Source: an uncultured cyanobacterium (GTDB taxonomy: Bacteria > Cyanobacteriota > Cyanobacteriia > Phormidesmidales > Phormidesmidaceae). From it: DNA of 64,000 nucleotides. The position numbers were made by a program, and so were the translations under genes. The notes under the pieces are model-generated. The model did not search any database, was not told the origin of the DNA, and saw only the letters and a list, made by a program, of their open reading frames with translations. Of this stretch, positions 60,893 to 64,000 are shown in pieces; within the stretch, counting starts at the first letter, position 1; every line of letters begins with the position of its first letter. The stretch lies in assembly GCA_963793265.1 (NCBI GenBank), contig CAWBZI010000001.1:1568001-1632000 (forward strand), in the 5' to 3' direction.

Positions 60893-63211
60893 CTAGCTAT
60901 CTTTAGCTAAAGCGCGTTCGATAGCGTTATTCCATTGGTCTGCTGCGTGTGCTACTGAAAGAGAGACAAGTGTGCGATCGCCCTTTCTAATCACTAAAGG
61001 CGAATCCGCCGTACCCACCGCGCCAAGCTGCTGAATGCTTCCCACATGCGACCGACAATAGCGCTCCCATTCAGCCTGATTGGTCGGCGCGACCGACACC
61101 AAAATACGCGCACCCCCTTCGCCAAAGAGCACCGTATCTAGCCGCAGTTGACTGCTTGATAGCGTAACGGTTGCGCCTTTTTGCCCACTAATACAAGATT
61201 CAGCCAGTGCGATCGCCATTCCTCCTTCTGCACAGTCATGCGCCGAGCGAATCCACCCCTGACGAATACCGTGCCGACAAGCCGCCTGCACCTTCAGCTC
61301 TAGCGCCACATCTACCTTCGGCGGCTGCCCTGCCACCGTCTGATGAATCAGCTTGAGATATTCAGCCCCCCCTAAAGTCACAGACCCTTCACCAGTACTA
61401 TCAGACCCTACCCCTAGCAGATAAATCAGATCGCCTTCTTCCTGAAAAGCCTGACCGCACACCTTCGTTAAATCAGGCACTAGGCCCACCATGCCCACAA
61501 CGGGCGTCGGATAGATTGGCTGAGGCTTGCCCGTACTATCGAGCGTTTCGTTATAGAGCGACACGTTACCACCCGTTACAGGTGTTGAGAACTGCCGACA
61601 GCCATCAGCTAATCCCCGGCAGGCTTCTGCGAGCTGCCAGTAGCCAATCGGCTTTTCAGGGCTCCCGAAGTTGAGATTATCAGTAACCGCCACTGGTTCT
61701 GCGCCGACACAGCTCAGGTTACGAGCCGCTTCAGCGACCGCTGCTAGTGCGCCTTCGTAAGGATTGAGGTATACGTGACGGGCGTTGCAGTCTACGGTAG
61801 CGGCGAGTCCTGCATCAGCTTTTAGATCTGGTTTGATCTGAGATCGCAGCCGAATTACCGCCGCATCAGCCCCACCCGGCATCATTACCGTATTGTTTTG
61901 CACCTGATGGTCATACTGCCGGTAAACCCACCGCTTAGAGGCGATCGTCGGCGTTGCTAATAGCGCCATCACCACCTGAGTCCAGGACTGCTCACCAATT
62001 CCCTCAGCCGTTGCCTCCGGTAGCGAGCTTTCCTGCCAGGCCCAAGCCTTTTGCGCATACTCAGGCGGCTCAGCCATCAGCTCATGCTGATAGATCGGCG
62101 TATTATCCGACAGCGCAGTCGCCGGGATTTCAGCCGCCACCCCGCCCTCAAACAAAATCCTCACAATCGGCTCTTCAATCACCGAACCGGCCACCACCGC
62201 CTGCAATCCCCAGCGATGAAAAATATCAACTAGCTCCTGCTCGCGCCCCGCATGAGCCACAAACAGCATTCTCTCCTGCGACTCCGAAAGCAAATACTCA
62301 TAAGGCACCATCCCCGGCTCCCGCTCAGGAATCAAGTCCAAATCTAGCTCAATTCCCACACCGCCATTTGCCGCCATCTCAGCCGTAGAGCACGTAATTC
62401 CAGCAGCCCCCATATCCTGCGCCGCCGCCACGCCCCCGGTCTTAAACGCCTCCAAACAAGCCTCCACCAAAGACTTCTCCAAAAACGGATCGCCCACCTG
62501 CACCGCAGGCCGATTCGCCTCCGACTCATCGCTCAGCTCCGCACTCGCAAAGCTAGCGCCCCCCATTCCATCGCGCCCCGTCGTCGAGCCCACATACAGC
62601 ACCGGATTCCCAATCCCCACAGCCCCCGACTTCACAATCTCGTCAGTTTCCATCAGGCCAATCGCCATCGCATTCACCAGCGGATTGCCACTGTAGGCTT
62701 CATCAAAAAAGACTTCGCCCCCCACCGTAGGCACCCCAAAGCAGTTGCCATAGTGCGCAATCCCAGAAACGACGCCCGTAAAAATCTGTCTAGTCCGCGC
62801 GTCTTCTAGACTTCCAAAGCGCAAAGAGTTGAGCGCTGCAATAGGCCGAGCGCCCATCGTAAAAATGTCTCGCAAAATGCCGCCAACACCAGTAGCTGCA
62901 CCTTGAAAGGGCTCAATAGCTGAAGGATGATTGTGCGATTCGATCTTAAAGGCAACCTGCATTCCATTGCCCACATCAATCACGCCCGCGTTTTCGCCAG
63001 GGCCGACCAAAATTCGCTCGCCCTCCGTCGGAAACTGACTTAGCAAAGGCCGTGAGTTTTTGTAGCAACAGTGCTCTGACCACATCACCCCAAACATCCC
63101 TAGCTCAGCACGATTCGGATGACGGCCCAACCGATTCACGATTTCGTCATACTCATCGGGCTTAAGCCCCTCTGATGCAATATCTTCGGGCGAGCAAGCA
63201 GCAGTTGCCAT
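60893..63211 (-). CDS. purL: Phosphoribosylformylglycinamidine synthase subunit PurL
   Basis: [48 protein letters not shown]. Confidence 0.98.
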   Translation of the reverse strand: MATAACSPEDIASEGLKPDEYDEIVNRLGRHPNRAELGMFGVMWSEHCCYKNSRPLLSQFPTEGERILVGPGENAGVIDVGNGMQVAFKIESHNHPSAIEPFQGAATGVGGILRDIFTMGARPIAALNSLRFGSLEDARTRQIFTGVVSGIAHYGNCFGVPTVGGEVFFDEAYSGNPLVNAMAIGLMETDEIVKSGAVGIGNPVLYVGSTTGRDGMGGASFASAELSDESEANRPAVQVGDPFLEKSLVEACLEAFKTGGVAAAQDMGAAGITCSTAEMAANGGVGIELDLDLIPEREPGMVPYEYLLSESQERMLFVAHAGREQELVDIFHRWGLQAVVAGSVIEEPIVRILFEGGVAAEIPATALSDNTPIYQHELMAEPPEYAQKAWAWQESSLPEATAEGIGEQSWTQVVMALLATPTIASKRWVYRQYDHQVQNNTVMMPGGADAAVIRLRSQIKPDLKADAGLAATVDCNARHVYLNPYEGALAAVAEAARNLSCVGAEPVAVTDNLNFGSPEKPIGYWQLAEACRGLADGCRQFSTPVTGGNVSLYNETLDSTGKPQPIYPTPVVGMVGLVPDLTKVCGQAFQEEGDLIYLLGVGSDSTGEGSVTLGGAEYLKLIHQTVAGQPPKVDVALELKVQAACRHGIRQGWIRSAHDCAEGGMAIALAESCISGQKGATVTLSSSQLRLDTVLFGEGGARILVSVAPTNQAEWERYCRSHVGSIQQLGAVGTADSPLVIRKGDRTLVSLSVAHAADQWNNAIERALAKDS

Positions 63212-63404
63212 AGGTTTTAATGGGGGTGGAATTGGCTGTTGAAGGAGACAGCTATCAATTCTATCTCTCTACGGAGACTTACTCCATTAGCGATGCGACC
63301 TGCGACCCATTTCGCCTGCGCATCTCCTCGGTGTATTGTTAAGAGAGCTTAACTATTGCTCTAATAGTTGAGCCATTAAATCAACTTTAACGAGAGGGCT
63401 TTCC

Positions 63405-63704
63405 ATGGCGACTTATAAGGTCACACTCATCAACGAAGATGAAGGCATTAACGAAACAATTGAATGCGCTGATGATACGTATATTATCGAAGCAGCCGAA
63501 GACGCGGGTATTGACCTGCCCGCTTCCTGCCGCGCAGGCTCCTGCTCTAGCTGCACTGGCAAGCTGGTTTCAGGCACCGTCGATCAGTCCGATCAGGTTT
63601 TCTTAGAAGATGACCAAATGGAAGCTGGCTTCGTATTAACTTGCGTCGCCTACCCAACGTCTGACTGCACCATTCAAACGCATCAAGAAGAAGCGCTTCT
63701 GTAG
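63405..63704 (+). CDS. petF: Plant-type [2Fe-2S] ferredoxin
   Basis: [32 protein letters not shown]. Confidence 0.95.
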   Translation: MATYKVTLINEDEGINETIECADDTYIIEAAEDAGIDLPASCRAGSCSSCTGKLVSGTVDQSDQVFLEDDQMEAGFVLTCVAYPTSDCTIQTHQEEALL

Positions 63705-63744
63705 AGCCTTCTATAGTGCTTTAAGAATAGTGTTTTAAGAAAAG

Positions 63745-63784
63745 AAAAAGGCCCCACAGTCGTCTAAAACTGTGGGGCCTTTTT
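63745..63784. terminator. Bidirectional terminator
   Basis: AAAAAGGCCCCACAGT...ACTGTGGGGCCTTTTT. Confidence 0.85.
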
Positions 63785-63801
63785 GCGTATGCTACGGAGC
63801 G

Positions 63802-64000
63802 TTATTGCAATATATCCTTAGGATTTTTTGTTTTCCTTAAGTCAGACAGCGTGTCCTGTGAGAAGGCACTGCTGCGTCTTTCTGGCAAAACGTCATTCAG
63901 CGCACTTTCGCGCTTGTAGGAGTTTTTCGCAGTCGATTTGGGTTCGGGATGATTTTCGTTGTTTCGCAGCGTTTGCTCAATGATATCTCGTAGGGTTTCG
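63802..64000 (-). CDS. 3' end of an unidentified gene running off the window
   Basis: Open frame ETLRDIIEQTLRNN...PKDILQ* ending at the bidirectional terminator. Confidence 0.5.
   Translation of the reverse strand, partial: ETLRDIIEQTLRNNENHPEPKSTAKNSYKRESALNDVLPERRSSAFSQDTLSDLRKTKNPKDILQ

Overview
64 kb of a cyanobacterial chromosome. Evidence: the HIP1 palindrome GCGATCGC is very dense, petN, petF, pedR and ycf36 are present, and the lysA-cdaA-uppS and rimI-clpC gene orders are conserved. Most of the window is housekeeping: clpC, clpP, sdhCAB, rnhA, comM, recQ, hisS, purA/purF/purL, rplY, rsmB and tRNA-fMet. Accessory parts are (1) a ~5 kb HIP1-free island in front of comM, bounded by a degenerate direct repeat and carrying a controller + HNH nuclease + NgoMIV/NaeI-like C5 methyltransferase system, plus a membrane pentapeptide protein with two small coiled-coil paralogs; (2) toxin-antitoxin genes and fragments; (3) a three-gene chaperone-usher-like pilus locus. 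The most striking unexplained signal is a G/T-rich to C/A-rich compositional switch centred on HIP1 sites, regardless of gene strand. Other points: no GCCGGC found in a manual scan, an A9 tract splitting a normally fused kinase gene, a recQ that appears to need a non-canonical start, and a long hairpin between purL and purF. All calls come from motif recognition by eye; no database searches were run.
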